Origin: Scyliorhinus canicula
Lineage: Eukaryota
Length of the DNA stretch: 64,000 nt
Assembly: GCF_902713615.1 (NCBI RefSeq)
Contig: NW_024056013.1
Location: forward strand, 560,773 to 624,772
Direction of reading: 5' to 3'
Shown: positions 1-11,884 of the stretch, one piece after another
Numbering within the stretch: the first letter of the stretch is position 1
How the letters are laid out: each line of letters opens with the position of its first letter
The notes under the pieces: generated by a model
The model's input: the letters and a program-made list of their open reading frames with translations, nothing else
The model's database searches: none
What the model was told of the DNA's origin: nothing
Position numbers and translations under genes: made by a program

Positions 1-1128
1 ATATCCTGGCGGGAGGTTTGCTCGAGTCATCGGGAGGATTTAAACTAGTATGGGGTGGGAACCAGTGCGCAGAAGGTGTAATAACTGAAGGGGAATTGGA
101 GAACAAAAATAAGAGAACCACATTACCCTGTCTGCTCAAACACAGTGGTTTGAAGAGTATTTGTTTCAACGCCAGAAGTATAGCGGGGAGGCAGATGAAT
201 TTTGAGCACTTATTAGTACTTGGAATTACGATGTTGTGGCTATCACAGAGACATGTTTAAATGAAGGGCCGGATTGGCAGCTGAATGTTGGAGGATACAG
301 ATGCTTCAGGAAAGATAGAGAGGGATGTTAAAGGGGTGGGGGAGTAGCATTACTGGTTAAAGAGAATATTATAATATTATGAAGGGAAATATACTGTAAA
401 TGTCAAAACCGAGGAATATAGAAAGTCAGAGAGAGCTGTGTGTGCATGTGCACAGATCTTTGAAGTTGGCAGCACAAATGGACAAGTTACTCAAGAAAGC
501 AGACGGATTGCTTGCCTTCATTGGACAGGGCATCAAGTATAAAAACTGGCAAGTCATGCTGCAGTTGCATAGAACCTTGGTAAGGCCACACTTGGAGTAT
601 TGTCCACAATTCTGGTTGCCAGAGTACCAGAAGAATGTGGAGGCTTTGGAGAGGTGCAGAGGAGGTTTACCAGGATGTTGCCTCGTCTGGAGGGCGTTAG
701 CTATGTGGAGAGGCTGAATAGACTCGGACTGTTTTCGTTAGAAAGACGGAGGTTGAGGGGTGACCTGAAATAGGTCGACAAGATTATGAGGGGCATGGAT
801 AGAGTGGATGGGCAGGCACTCTTTCCCAGGGTGGAGGGGTCAGTCACCAGGGGCATAGGTTTAGGTCTCTGGGGCAAAGTTTAGAGGAGATGTGCGAGGC
901 AGGTTTGTTTACGCAGAGGGTGGTGAGTGCCTGGAACGCATTCAGGCGAGGTTGTAGAAGCAGATACATTAACGGCGTTCAAAAGGCATCTTGACAAACA
1001 CATGGATAGGATGGGGTTAGGGATACGGCACAAGGAAGTGCTGAACGTTTTGCCAACGATTGGTATCATGACCGGTACAGGTTTGGAGGGACGAAGGGCC
1101 TGTTCCTGTGTTGTATTGTTCTTTGTTC
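1..1128 (+). mobile_element. CR1-clade LINE remnant, internally deleted (endonuclease start, RT C-terminus, 3' tail)
   Basis: SGLKSICFNARSI-type endonuclease start; [22 protein letters not shown]-terminal motif; tail GGGCCTGTTCCTGTGTTGTATTGTTCTTTGTTC; many stops and frameshifts. Confidence 0.85.
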
Positions 1129-1140
1129 AAAGACCCTGTT

Positions 1141-1375
1141 CAATGTGGGAGAAACAGTTCCTGTGTTCGGAATGTGGATGACGTTTTCGCCGATGGTCTG
1201 ACCTTTCGAACAATATGTAGTCACACTGGAAGAAACCTTGGAAATCTGGGCACTGTGGAATAGATTTAATCAGAGCTGGAGATTCATCGACATGTTTACA
1301 CTGAGGAGCGACCATTAATGTTCTCCGTGTGTGGGAAGAGATTCACTCAGTTCACCAGCCTCACTTCATCATGGT
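1141..1375 (+). pseudogene. degenerate C2H2 zinc-finger fragment
   Basis: FLCSECG, KPWK..HCG and GTGTGTGGGAAGAGATTCACTCAG finger-like remnants with stops and indels. Confidence 0.65.
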
Positions 1376-1699
1376 CAATCTGTACTGGACCGTTACCAAG
1401 TGCAATGTATCTTTCCTGAGGTTTGGTGGCCAGTACAGAACATGGAGGAAAAGACAGCAGGAATATCTCTAATCTGTGATTTACAAGGACACATTCTTGG
1501 TTCCCAGCAGTTACGTTTCTTGAGTAATTTCTTCATTTTCCCTAAACTACCCTGCCTGTTAATTCTATTCTGATAATTCCATTACTGTAGCTATAAACAT
1601 CACACATTAGAATTTAATCTGTTCCATTATTCACTCTGGTTTAAGTTTATGTTGAGGTTAATAAGAGACAAACTCTGTCCTCTCCCCAATCCGATTACA

Positions 1700-1905
1700 G
1701 TTTCCATGAGTGGATTCTGTGGAATGGAATGTCTTATCAACGTTTCCATGGTGACCTGTCTGCAGTGCAGGAATGTCTAATCAGCGTTTCCATGGTGACC
1801 TGTCTGCAGGTTAGGAATGTCTGATCAGCGTTTCCACGGTGACGTGTCTGCAGTGAAGGAATGTCTTATCAGCGTTTCCATGGTGACCCGTCTGCAATGA
1901 AGCAC
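1700..1905. repeat. 44-bp tandem repeat, about 4.5 copies, each with GTTTCCATGGTGAC
   Basis: Motif starts at 1742, 1786, 1830, 1874 (period 44), partial copy at 1700. Confidence 0.9.
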
Positions 1906-2084
1906 CTGTTTGAGTTTCTAACTCAGACTAAACTTCTCTCTCCCATAACACACATTATATCAGACATTGGATGTCAATGTATTTCAGCCATGTTTTGTTA
2001 AATCTCCAAAACCCTAAAAAGAGTTCAGATACACAAATGTTTAAATGTGGGAGGACAAGTTGATAAATGTTTCAAATACACATG

Positions 2085-2340
2085 GGATCCAAGGTTTATA
2101 ATTCGGGTGTGTGGTACAAAAGGACAGAGGTCATGTCAACCTGTACAAATCATTGGTTAGGCTGCAGTTGGAATATTAGATCAGGTTTTGGGGATATTAC
2201 ACCAGGAAGGATGTCAAGGCCATGGAGAGGGTGTAGAAGAGATTCACTGAGATGATCCCAGGGAAGAGAGGATTTAGTTACCAGGACAGATTAGAGAAAC
2301 TGGGGCTCTGTTCATTCAAACAGAGGCTGACTGGAGATCA
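2085..2340 (+). mobile_element. CR1 LINE fragment
   Basis: Similar to the CR1 RT C-terminal region seen at 400-800 (GQ..YK..EVM..LY...VR, LEKLGL). Confidence 0.65.
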
Positions 2341-2349
2341 GAGGGAGGG

Positions 2350-2625
2350 GGGTTTGATTCCGGCCTCGGGTGACTCTGTAGGGTTTGCACTTCCTCCCCG
2401 TGTCTGCGTGGGTTCCTTCCGGGTGCTCCAATTTCCTCCCTCAGTCCAAAGATGCACAGGTTAGGTGGATTGGCCATAATAAGAGACTTCCCCTGAGTGT
2501 CCAAAGGTTAGGTGGGGTTCTGGGGATAGGGTGGAGGAGTGGTCCTGAGTGGGGTGCCATATTGGAGGGTCAGTGCAGACCCGATGGGCTGAATGGCCTC
2601 CTTCTGCATTGTAGAGATTCTATGG
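2350..2625 (+). mobile_element. HE1-like tRNA-derived SINE
   Basis: GGTTTCCTCCGGGTGCTCC core, CAGGTTAGGTGGATTGGCCAT, CR1-like tail. Confidence 0.85.
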
Positions 2626-2839
2626 AACAGAAAAAGACACATGAAATATCAAGCAGACTACAACAATGTTCAGTATTCTCACTCCTCTGGGCCTGCAGTG
2701 GGGGGGGGGGGGGGGGGGGGGGGGGACGGGGGGGGGGGGGGGGGGGGGGGGGGGACGACGACAGTGGGGGGACCGGTGATGGTTTCTCTTATCTCTGAAT
2801 GAATTTTATTTTAAAGTGAAGGGTGTCTGTACTGGAGAA

Positions 2840-3070
2840 TCTGAGTACCAAGTGCCAGCTTGAACCATTCTCCAATCAGTTACAGCACAGCTCCCTCTAC
2901 GTTGCCCCATGAAACACTCCCAAGGCTGATACAAAATGGTGTTAAAGAGTAAATCTCCCTCGATGATGTCCCCATCAAACACTCCCATGATCGGTATAGC
3001 ACAAGGTTGGGTACAATGTAAATGGTCCTCTGCACTGTCCCCATCAAACAGTCCCAGGACAGGTACAGCA
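2840..3070. repeat. about 70-bp satellite-like tandem repeat (CCCCATCAAACACTCCCA..)
   Basis: Recurrent CCCCATGAAACACTCCC / CCCCATCAAACACTCCC / CCCCATCAAACAGTCCC at about 70-bp spacing. Confidence 0.7.
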
Positions 3071-3917
3071 TACCTTCTGGAAATCCAGATAAAGCATCTA
3101 CAGGTTCTACTTGTTACTTCTCAAAAACATTGCTAAATTAGTCAATCACGATTGATTCCCTGAACCCCATTTTCAAACACTGTGTCAAAAGAAAATTCAA
3201 ATCTCCTCTACCCCTCTGGTCCTTTGCCAATTACCTTAGACGGACTCACTTTCTGTTAAAGGCCTGTCAACCACTTTCCGAAAGTGAACAAATTTAATCA
3301 GGAAAAGTCCAACAAATTCAAATATTTTCAGTTTAAAAGTTTATTGATGAAATAGAACATGGTTAAAAAAAACTGACGGAAAATTACTTGAGGATCAAAG
3401 ACAATCAGAGTAACAGGATGTTCACAATGTTCTGGACCCAATAGTTCCCTTCAGCTCCTCTGTACCCGTCCCCGTGACTCCCCGCTTTGGACACGGGGGC
3501 ACTGAGCCCTGGGGTCACGTCACTATCAGTACGGTCACCCTCCCATAAAGGTCAGCAACGTCTTAGAAAAAATCAAACTCCCAGTCAACAAATTGAAGGA
3601 TCACACGACGGGACTTCAGGTTTTATGAGTTTTAATACAACAAACAAACTAGAAGCTACTTTCAGTCAGAATCCTACACATTAAACTATAAACTAGAACC
3701 TTGCCCTTTTTCACAATCTAGAAATACACTCCACGATTATAGTTACTCTACCTATAAATTGATACTTAATTGTCTCAGAACCTGTCCAAAGTGATGATTG
3801 ATTCCCGAGGTTCATTTACTTCAGTTCTTCAACCAAGACACCGAGGAAGAAAAGGGAGAATAGAATAGAATGTGAACTAGCAAAATACATAAAAATGGAG
3901 TGTAAAAGTTTCTGTGG

Positions 3918-4446
3918 CTACGTAAAAAGGACATACTGGTGCTGGAGGGTATGCAGAGGAGATCCATTACGTTAATCCAGAGCTGAAGGGGTTGGATTAT
4001 GAGGAGAGGTTGAGTAGACTGGGACTGTACTCGTTGGAATTTAGAAGGATGAGGGGGATCTTATAGAAACATTTAAAATTATGAAGGGAATAGATAGGAT
4101 AGATGCGGGCAGGTTGTTTCCACTTGCGGGTGATAGCAGAACTAGGGGACAGCCTCAAAATAAGGGGAAGTAGATTTAGGACTGAGTTTAGGAGAAACCT
4201 CTTCACCCAAAGGGTTGTGAATCTATAGAATTCCTTGCCCAGTGAAGCAGTTGAGGCTCCTTCATTAAATGTTTTTAAGGTAAAGATAGATAGTTTTTGA
4301 AGAATAAAGGGATTAAGGGTTATGGTGTTCGGGCCGGAAAGTTGAGCTCAGTCCATAAAAGATCAGCCATGATCTCATTGAATGGCGGAGCAGGCTCGAG
4401 GGGCCAGATGGCCTACTCCTGCTCCTAGTTCTTATGTTCTTATGTT
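3918..4446 (+). mobile_element. CR1 LINE 3' end
   Basis: YEERLSRLGLYSLEFRRMRG coding remnant; tail CTCCTAGTTCTTATGTTCTTATGTT. Confidence 0.9.
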
Positions 4447-4449
4447 TGG

Positions 4450-4900
4450 CTCAAAGGTTTGTCCATTCCAGATAGAGTCAGAAGAATTTAGAATGAGGAA
4501 CAGAGATCTCGACAGCCACCTCATTCAACACTCTGGGATGTAGATCATCAGCTTTTGGGGATTTATTCACTTCCAACCCCATTAATTTTTCCAGTGCTAT
4601 TTTTTCACCAACTAATCTCTGCCAGTCCCTTGGTTCTCTGGTGTTTTGGGGATAATTTCTGTATCTTCCTCTGTGAAGACATTCACACATTGTTTATTTC
4701 TCTGCCATTTCCTTACTCCCCATTATAAACTCTCCTGTCTCTGTCTGGAATGGACCCACATTGGTCTTTGCTAATCTTTTCCTTTTCACATTCATGTAGA
4801 AGCTTTTCCAGTCGGTTTTTATGTTTCTCCCCAGTGCTCTCATCAGTTTCTTGGTCCTCCTTTGCTGAATTCTAATGGCTCTCCTGGAATCTTTAACTTT
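4450..4900 (-). mobile_element. CR1 LINE internal fragment
   Basis: Minus ORF LEKLMGLEVNKSPKADDLHPRVLNEVAVEI resembles the CR1 KSPGPD.LHPRVL motif. Confidence 0.8.
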
Positions 4901-5009
4901 TCTTGTTCGCCACAGTTACATTACTTTTCCTGTTGGGTGTTTGATCCTTAAAGGAATCTATATTTTGAAATATATTTGTATATATGTGAAATACAAATTG
5001 CAAAAATCC

Positions 5010-5215
5010 CAGAGGACCATAGGCTGCTCTCCCTTTGACAGAGAGAGAGCAGACTGGAGGTAATTTAACCCAAGGGTCAGCCACCTCAAGCGACGGGCCT
5101 GGTTGAGAAGGCCGGGCCTTCATGAATAAACCCAGCCAGTACGAGAGTTGAATCCTCACTGTTGGCCTTGCTCCGCATCACCAACCAGTTGTCCAGCCAA
5201 CTGAGCTAACCAACC
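5010..5215 (-). mobile_element. tRNA-derived SINE, third family (AGCTCAGTTGGCTGGA head)
   Basis: A-box and B-box-like head; body shared with 25700-25890 and 8290-8355. Confidence 0.7.
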
Positions 5216-5657
5216 CCTGATAAATTAGGTATTCCCTGTACCAATCAGTTTCCCAGTCCACCTCAGACAACTTGCCCCTCATAACCTGATAGTTTCCTTC
5301 TGTGAGGAACACCCAGATAAACAAAAGAACCATGTAACCACCAGGGCCCATCTCCATGGCAACGTGGCACGCTTTGGAGGGTTTGAAACAGAAATGGAAA
5401 GAACATATCTTCACATTTGCAAACACCCTTCCACTCTTGTGATCCTTGTGCAATTTGAAGCCAGGTACCAGCAACAAGGCTCAAAGAGCATCAGCCCACT
5501 GGAGGCAAAGTGGTGAGACCGGCCAGTCCAGCAGAAAGAAACCCTCCGACCATCCCCACTGACCACCTGTCAGAATGAACAAAATGCAGTCCTGGATGTA
5601 GAGCGGAAACAAAACAGCAGAATCCAACCCCTGTAATCAATTGTGAAATTGTTGGTA

Positions 5658-6750
<1,093 letters not shown>

Positions 6751-7225
6751 TTAGTTGAAGCCTTGTCCACAGATACAACACGAGTATGGTCTCTCCCAGC
6801 TGTGAATGTTGTTATGTTTTTCAGGCTGTGTAACTGGTTAAGGCTCCTTCCACAGTCAGTTCACAGGAACACTTTCACTCGGGTGTCTGTGTGTGTGGGT
6901 CTTGGTGCTTTTCCAGTCACACTGATGGTTGAAAACTTAGGCTGACAGTTCACCTTCTAGATTCAAAGGTTGGAGATATTCAGGTTCCAAGGAATCGAGT
7001 AACTGTCAGATTGAGACGTGACGATTGAGATTTCTGTCTGTAATTCTTCCTCATCTAATATCCTGTAAAAACAATTTACAAAATTCATCACTGTCAGTAC
7101 AGGATAGAAACTCAGAACAGACAATTCTAGTTTCTATGTGAAATTTTTTCCTCTCTCTTATTCCCTGAAAGCTGTAAATCTCCATCCCACACTCCCTCCA
7201 TTCTCATTCTGGTGTATCGCCGTTG

Positions 7226-7440
7226 AGTAGCACAGTGGTTAGCACTGTTGCTTCACAATTCTAGGGTCCCAGGTTTGATTCCCGGCTTGGGTCACTGTCT
7301 GTGCGGAGTCTGCACAGGTCCCCATGTCTGCGCGGGTTTCCTCCCACAGTCCGAGGACATGCAGGTTAGGTGGATTGGCCATGCTAAATTGCCCCTTAAT
7401 TGGACAAAATGAATTGGGCACTCTAAATTTATTTTAAAAA
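7226..7440 (+). mobile_element. HE1-like SINE, short tail variant
   Basis: GCACAGTGGTTAGCAC A-box, GGTTTGATTCCCGG B-box, shared core. Confidence 0.85.
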
Positions 7441-7459
7441 AAGAAAAAAAAAGTCTCGA

Positions 7460-7620
7460 TGAACCAGAGAAGAGAATCCTGAACGTTCAGCAAGATGCCT
7501 CCGTCGAAATTCAATCCTTTGAAAACCAGCCGAGTGGCTGGCGGAAGTACTGGAGGATTTGGAGAACCGAGGGTCAGAGAAAGAACATCTGAGTCATTGG
7601 CCTGTCAGAAGGTGTGGAGG
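7460..7620 (+). mobile_element. L1 ORF1 fragment
   Basis: GATTTGGAGAACCGAGG..AGAAAGAACATCTGAGTCATTGGCCTGTCAGAAGG matches the LENR.RR.N.RV.GL.EG motif. Confidence 0.55.
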
Positions 7621-7661
7621 TAAGGCTCCCATTAGGGTCTTTGAGGACCGGCTGCCATGCT

Positions 7662-7972
7662 GGGCACCATGGTAGCACAATGGCTAGCACTGTTGCTTCA
7701 CAGCGTCAGGGACCCCGGTTCAATTCCCGGCTTGGGTCACTGTCTGTGCAGAGTCTGTATGTTCTCCCTGTGTCTATGTGGGTTTCCTCCGGGTGTTCCG
7801 GTTTCCTCCAACAAGTCCCAAACAAAGACGTGTTTGATAGGTGAATTGGACATTCTGAATTCTCACTCTGTGTACCTAAACAGGTGCCGGAATGTGGCGA
7901 CTAGGGGATTTTCACAGTAACGTCATTGCAGTGTTAATGTAAGCCTCCTTGTGAGACTAATAAAGATTATAA
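7662..7972 (+). mobile_element. SINE with HE1-like head and second-family tail
   Basis: HE1 core followed by GCCGGAATGTGGCGACTAGGGGATTTTCACAGTAAC tail. Confidence 0.8.
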
Positions 7973-8369
7973 TGAATGGGCTAAAGGCCCTCTTTCCGTG
8001 CTGTAAAATTCTACGACTCTAAAGATAGAGATGGTATAGGGAGGGAGGGAATGACTTTATAGAGAAACTGGCAAAGCCACAACATTCACCAGCTCTAAGG
8101 ACACACCTTAGCTCCCTTTCCAATCTGAAAGCAGCCTGAGCTGGATTTACATTCCCCTTAATTCATAATTGCTGGGTGATAATCCTGTACTTCCTTACCT
8201 CACACCACTGTAACAGCACCTTCACTACACAGACTGCAGCAACTGACCAAACATCACCTTCCCAGTTATTCGTGAAGGCACCGCCTTCCCAACCTGGCCC
8301 CTTGCCTGAAGTGTGGTGATCCTCAGGTCACATCACCACCGGTCAGCTCTCTCTCCCGGGACCAGGCCC

Positions 8370-8444
8370 TGCGTCACAGCCGCCATCTTGGAGAAGCAGA
8401 GCGCATGCGCTGGCGTCTTGGTTATGCCACCGCTGGTGGGCGGG
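8370..8444. promoter_or_regulatory. CpG-rich promoter with CRE-like, YY1, NRF1 and Sp1 motifs; probable bidirectional ZNF promoter
   Basis: TGCGTCAC 8370-8377, CCGCCATCTT 8380-8389, GCGCATGCGC 8401-8410, GGGCGGG 8438-8444; lies between two divergent ZNF exon acceptors. Confidence 0.7.
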
Positions 8445-10006
8445 ACCTGAAGGTTTCTGTTCCCAGCCGGGTCCTAGTGCCGGTGCAAGATTTTCAAAGG
8501 GAAAACAGGTTTTTCATCCACTCGAACACATTGCAATAAGTTTTAAAACGTTTACCCACTCCCAGGCTGAAGCTGATGGTTTGTTGCCTGGAGGCATCTC
8601 TGGATTGCGTAGACATTCAATGTGAGAGGCTGCAGCCTCTATATAGCTACCTGAAGGGGGTTTTCCAAATGTTGATTACATTTCGTGGTCATTTCCAGTT
8701 CATTATCAAGATGTTTGTGTGATATTTTCTTACCCTCAGTGTTTTTCTTTTTTAAAATACATTTCAGCAGCAAGCTTAATGGTGATTTTTAACGGATGGG
8801 AGATTATTTATTACCACACCCTTTCCCTGGATATTTGAACATCTCAGTCTCTCGTCTCTTTCACACTCACTGACACATACACAGGAATTAGGTAAAGGTC
8901 AAGTTGAAGCTATAATGATGAAAATGAATGTAGACTGCAATCTTTACATCGCTGCAGGTCTGTTGTCTTCTTGTTTAGCTGATCCTTTAGTTGGAGTGAA
9001 GCGTTTTTAGAAACAAATAATTTTCATGAGTCTCTGAAGCTTCTTGTAGATGAATAGCCAGGAGGTTGGTTCTCAGGTGGGCTTGGAAGCTGGAATAAGT
9101 TCAGTCCTGTGGCTGCACTGGGAGACATTCAGCTCTGCTGGTTAAGCTGGTTCCTGGTGCTTCAGATGCTTCTCACACACACATTTGCTTCGGTTAGTGT
9201 TTATTATACTGCATCCCTGACAATTAACTGCAGGATTAAAACTCTGAGACCCAGATACAATAGCAGTTTACGATGCTCACTCACGCTTATCTCTGTCCCA
9301 ATTCGAGCTCATTCTCCTGTGTTCAATACGGCACTTGGAGATCAACAGTCCTGAGATTTCATATTCCTCAAATGCTGGCTCATCCTGACACAAGGAGACA
9401 TTTAAACTTCACAGGTGGCGGCAACGTTTCCTTATGCAGGTCCATATTTAAATAAACATTGGTCAGAGAATCGAATATTACCCACAGTTTATTGTCCATA
9501 ATAACCTGTTAGGTTGCAGCCATCTTGACAGAGTTTGTGGATCTTAGTCTATCACATCTAGTACCCTTGTGCTGAACGTGACATCCTGAATCTACTATTG
9601 GGTCTTATTAAAACAGTACATGTAGCTGGATGAGGACTTAGAGCGGTGGGGGGGGGGGGGGGGGGGGTTACTCTGGCTGCCGACTTCAGTTCCGTGGTCT
9701 TGTCTATTCCCAGTGGCCCTACAGAGGCAGCATGTGGTATCCACCGGAACGCTTGATGCCTTCCACACCAGTGGATACCTCAGCGGACAGAGTGTTTCAG
9801 AGACACTGGGAACAATATTCTGGTTCAGTTCGGAAGGTTCCCTACACTTTTGTTGGGACTTCTGGCTGATTTTGGTCTTTTATTTTGACTGGACCACATG
9901 CTTGGGGAAAGCATGAACAGAAAGAAGGTTCGATAGAAACTAGAATGATCTGTTGTGAATTTCTATCCTATTCTTACAGTGATCATTTTTGTAACCTTTT
10001 TTTCAG

Positions 10007-10258
10007 GCATTAGAACGGGAGGATTGGCAACTGGGTAACTCCAACCAAATATAACATCAAGATCTGACAGTCACTCAATTCATTAGGATCAAAATATCAC
10101 AAACTGTCAATGTACTTGTCTGTTCTGACTGTGGGAAGAGATTTCAAACATCAGTGTGACTGGAAACGCCCCGAGACACACACACACCTGAGTGGGAGTG
10201 TTCCAGTGAACTGACTGTGGAAAGAGCTTCAACCAGTTACACAGCCTGAAAAATCATC
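10007..10258 (+). pseudogene. truncated ZNF exon-2 5' portion, interrupted by a CR1 fragment
   Basis: Acceptor TTTTTTTCAG at 10005-10006; paralogous to the reverse complement of 6830-7062 (GAACTGACTGTGGAAAGAGCTTCAACCAGTTACACAGCCTGAAAAA). Confidence 0.7.
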
Positions 10259-10400
10259 TTGTTTCCTCTTGTGGGAGAGTCTAGGGCCAGAGGGTATAAT
10301 CTAAGAGTAAGGGATCTCAAATTTAGGACAGAGATGAGGATACATTTCTTCCATCAGAGGGTAGTGAATCTGTGGAATTCTTCAACTGGCATTCTGTCTC
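10259..10400 (+). mobile_element. CR1 LINE 3' fragment
   Basis: FPLVGESRARGYNLRVR..FRTEMR..FFHQRVVNLWNS motif. Confidence 0.8.
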
Positions 10401-10609
10401 TGGAATTTACCAAAAATGTCAGAGGTGAAGGTGCCTTTACCCGGATGGGCCGCTTGGTGGCGCAGTGGCTCTTTCACTGAGGGGCCTTGAGTCCAGACAC
10501 ATCCCAGACAGGACTGGTGAGAAATATCTGTCTGGGAAAGGGGAGAGAACTGTATAATCGGGGAAAGGATCAGTGCCGATGGACCTTAAAGAAAGGAGTT
10601 GAGATTAGT

Positions 10610-10674
10610 TTTATTTTCTTCATTTTTCATTCAATATTTATTAAAATTTCAGAGAAAATATACAAAAGTTTATT
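10610..10674 (-). terminator. candidate poly(A) signals for membrane mu mRNA
   Basis: Three minus-strand AATAAA (plus TTTATT at 10610, 10637, 10669) about 400-470 nt after the TM2 stop. Confidence 0.5.
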
Positions 10675-11076
10675 TTGAAGTTAACAAAAGGGAACATAAC
10701 AATTGAGGGTCACAGTGAGAACAGAACTCATGCCCTCTGAGCTGCCAAATGTATGTACAACTGTAACAGACACAAGAGAGAACAGGAGCTCAACATAAAG
10801 GGAAGGCAACAGTTACATAAGGAACGAGATAAGATACTTATTTAGACATGACATTGAGGGAAATTATTAGCTACAACTACATTACAGCCAAAATCATCGC
10901 GCACATTTCAAACTGAAAACAGAAATACTGTCCATGATTGTCTCAGTTACAGATGCAGAATAATAAACTGAGAGAATTTTACTGTGAGAGACACCAAGAG
11001 GAGATATTGTATTTCTGTCACACACAGATCATAATAAACAGCTGAGGGAAATCTACAGCGTCCGAAAGTCAACTGA

Positions 11077-11085
11077 TCACTCGAT
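11077..11085 (-). CDS. IGHM: IgM TM2 exon (Ile-Glu-stop)
   Basis: Strong acceptor TTTTCTCTCTCTTTTACAG 139 nt after the TM1 donor, followed by ATC GAG TGA in phase 0. Confidence 0.65.
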   Translation of the reverse strand: ME

Positions 11086-11224
11086 CTGTAAAAGAGAGAG
11101 AAAATAATAAAGCAGATATTTATGATCGGGGACATTGATGTCAGAGTTTTTAATCAATCAAACATTTAGCGATCTTTAAACGGCTTCTGTCAGTTTGAAG
11201 TGTGAGTGGATTGAATCTTCTCAC

Positions 11225-11352
11225 CTTCACCAGAGTGACTGCAGCGCTGTAGGAAATGCTCAGGACGAACAGGGTGATGAATGTGGAAGCGGTTGTCCAG
11301 ATGTTCCCGTTATCATCCTCATAGCCTTCAGTCCAGGTGTGGTCTGTGGTAT
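11225..11352 (-). CDS. IGHM: IgM TM1 exon DTTDHTWTEGYEDDNGNIWTTASTFITLFVLSISYSAAVTLVK
   Basis: Conserved WTTASTFI.LF.LS..YS..VTL motif; AG acceptor in phase 1 matching the Cmu4 internal donor; AAG/GTGAGA donor. Confidence 0.93.
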
Positions 11353-11514
11353 CTTTGAGGATAGAATCCAATAATATAATCAGATTGTTTATTAATCCAG
11401 GATATTGTTAATATTCTCATTTAATTTTCTTTATCTGATCATTCATTCTCTAATATTTTCATTCCATAGCTACTGTAGAGTTCGTGATGCTCAACAAACG
11501 ATCTCTCTAACTTT

Positions 11515-11683
11515 CTTTTTCCAATTTACGGGCAAGTTAGCGTGGCCAATCCACCTACCCTGTACATCTTTGGATTGTGGAGGTCAAACCCATGGACCAA
11601 GATCGAACCCAGGACCAAGATCGAACCCAGGTCCTTGGTGCCATGAGGCAGCAGTGCTAACCACTGCGCCACCATGCCACCCC
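11515..11683 (-). mobile_element. HE1-like SINE, internally deleted, with an 18-bp duplication of the B-box
   Basis: GGACCAAGATCGAACCCA occurs twice in tandem. Confidence 0.75.
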
Positions 11684-11884
11684 TTGCCTGACATTTGTGT
11701 TTGTTCTTTAGCATTTGTCTGTGTGGATGGGGATCTCGTGTTTTGCGATCCTCTTCTTTTGTCTGACCAGATGTATGTAAAAATGCCATTGTGTGTTCAT
11801 GTGCCAATGAGTACTGATCTGTTCATTTGTGTGTCAGCGCCTGTATGTATACTTTGTTTATCATCTATCAATGTGTACATGAGT

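Noticed and set aside
2700-2755. Very long G homopolymers as a functional G-quadruplex
   Set aside because: Such runs are frequent across this window, often in L1 or SINE tails, and their length is unreliable in assemblies
3461-3880. Possible LTR-like segment starting TGT
   Set aside because: No matching CA end or TSD could be identified
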